This document shows positions 49,897 to 64,000 of a DNA stretch of 64,000 nt, one piece after another (within the stretch, counting starts at the first letter, position 1; each line of letters opens with the position of its first letter). Position numbers and translations under genes: made by a program. Source of the DNA: the human T2T-CHM13v2.0 reference genome, Homo sapiens; NCBI RefSeq assembly GCF_009914755.1, contig NC_060927.1. One strand, 5' to 3'. The notes under the pieces are model-generated. The model searched no databases. It was not told the DNA's origin and saw nothing but the letters and a program-made list of their open reading frames with translations.

Positions 49897-50022
49897 TAGC
49901 TTTAGTATACTCAGGAAAAGAATGACCATCTTTTGTAGAATGTTTATACATTTTTGCATATTTCAATTTCCACTTAAATTTTTTAAAGCTTTAACTGGCT
50001 CTATAAATTAAGTTTGTGCTTT
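49897..50022 (+). promoter_or_regulatory. miR-9* (miR-9-3p) seed sites and imperfect miR-124 site in ACTL6A 3' UTR
   Basis: AGCTTTA 49898-49904 and AGCTTTAA 49987-49994; GTGCTTT 50016-50022 (one wobble from GTGCCTT). Confidence 0.75.
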
Positions 50023-50162
50023 CCTTGAAATGCACTTATTCTTATTACAAGCATTTTATAATTTTGTATAAATGTCTATTTTCTCTAAATATTTTGCTTT
50101 CAGTAAAATGCTTTCCAACTCTGTTTAGTGTATTAATTACCAGTGGATTGGTAGAACTGCTT

Positions 50163-50168
50163 TTTATT
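50163..50168 (-). terminator. MRPL47 candidate distal polyadenylation signal
   Basis: TTTATT on +, lying inside the ACTL6A 3' UTR. Confidence 0.5.
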
Positions 50169-50214
50169 GACTAGTAAAAGTTACTGCCTATGCTTTTTAC
50201 CTTAGGCTTACAGA

Positions 50215-50224
50215 ATTAAATAAA
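50215..50224 (+). terminator. ACTL6A polyadenylation signal
   Basis: Overlapping ATTAAA/AATAAA ~370 nt after stop, followed by GT/T-rich sequence. Confidence 0.8.
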
Positions 50225-50323
50225 AATTAGCCATTCCAGAAATATATTTTGGACTGTTGTGCACTGTGATTACTACTTTAAGGACTAAATGTATTTCTCA
50301 TTATTTTGAATCAAAGTCCTCCG

Positions 50324-50329
50324 TTTATT
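50324..50329 (-). terminator. MRPL47 proximal polyadenylation signal
   Basis: TTTATT on + = AATAAA on -, ~380 nt past MRPL47 stop. Confidence 0.7.
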
Positions 50330-50710
50330 AACAGCAATACCCACATCCTCTTCATAGCCTATTAACAACAGAGGTAAAACTATTATTCAAATTCAAAAAC
50401 TACGGTATTGCCTTTGCTGTGGCAGTTACCATCACCTTCACACTCTAAGGTAGCAGGTGACATTTAAAGCCTGCTTAAATGTCAGAATTTATAAAGTGGG
50501 AATCTCATCTGAACTTTATACCTGATTTTTAGAAGCAAATTAGCTTCTACCAAATTAGCTAATTAGCATGCCATATTCACACTTAGAACAACTGATTAGT
50601 AAAGTCACTTGACTAAAAACAGAATTTCTTTATAAACCACTTAACATATTTACTCCTGTACACAGACTATTCAAGAAAAACAAAATGGTAAATTTAATAG
50701 TTCAGACATC

Positions 50711-63663
<12,953 letters not shown>

Positions 63664-63904
63664 CTAGCCATGTGCCCTTTGGCAAATTATTTAAGCTCTC
63701 TAAACCTGTCTAAACCTGTTTCTTTATCTGTAAAATATATAACAGCTTTTTTATAGTATATAACAATGTGTAATTAGAGATAAATTAGGTAACATACGAA
63801 AATACTATTAACATGACTGGCAATAGCATTCAAAAAATGTTAGCATTAGTACAGAACGTATTTTCACACCCTAATGACAAAATACTTTGTCATTATAAAT
63901 TAAC

Positions 63905-64000
63905 TGGGGCGGTGGTTCACACCTGTATTCCCAACGCTTTGGGAGGCCAAGACGGCGGGCATCACCTGAGTTTGGGAGTTCAAGACCAGCCTAACCAAGA
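63905..64000 (+). mobile_element. Alu 5' part, runs off window
   Basis: cacctgtattcccaacgctttgggaggcc. Confidence 0.85.

Overview
Primate (almost certainly human) genomic DNA containing the complete ACTL6A (BAF53A) gene on + and the last five coding exons of MRPL47 on -. ACTL6A has 14 exons, a CDS spanning 24932-49849, and 1290 nt when spliced by hand (429 aa). It has a CpG-island/CCAAT promoter, a U12-type (minor spliceosome) intron 5 and miR-9* seed sites in the 3' UTR. The two genes converge, with poly(A) signals within ~100 nt of each other. The first ~24 kb is intergenic and full of nested Alu, L1, MaLR and Tigger relics. I found no convincing undescribed multi-gene system. The best unexplained items are a 70-nt near-perfect hairpin in an MRPL47 intron, a 47-nt TSD-flanked poly(A) micro-insertion, an apparently inverted split Tigger2 element, a recent 99-bp tandem duplication, a zero-spacer inverted Alu pair and an ~80-bp dispersed duplication. 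Repeat subfamily names are from recall of consensus sequences, not from alignment, and repeat boundaries are approximate.
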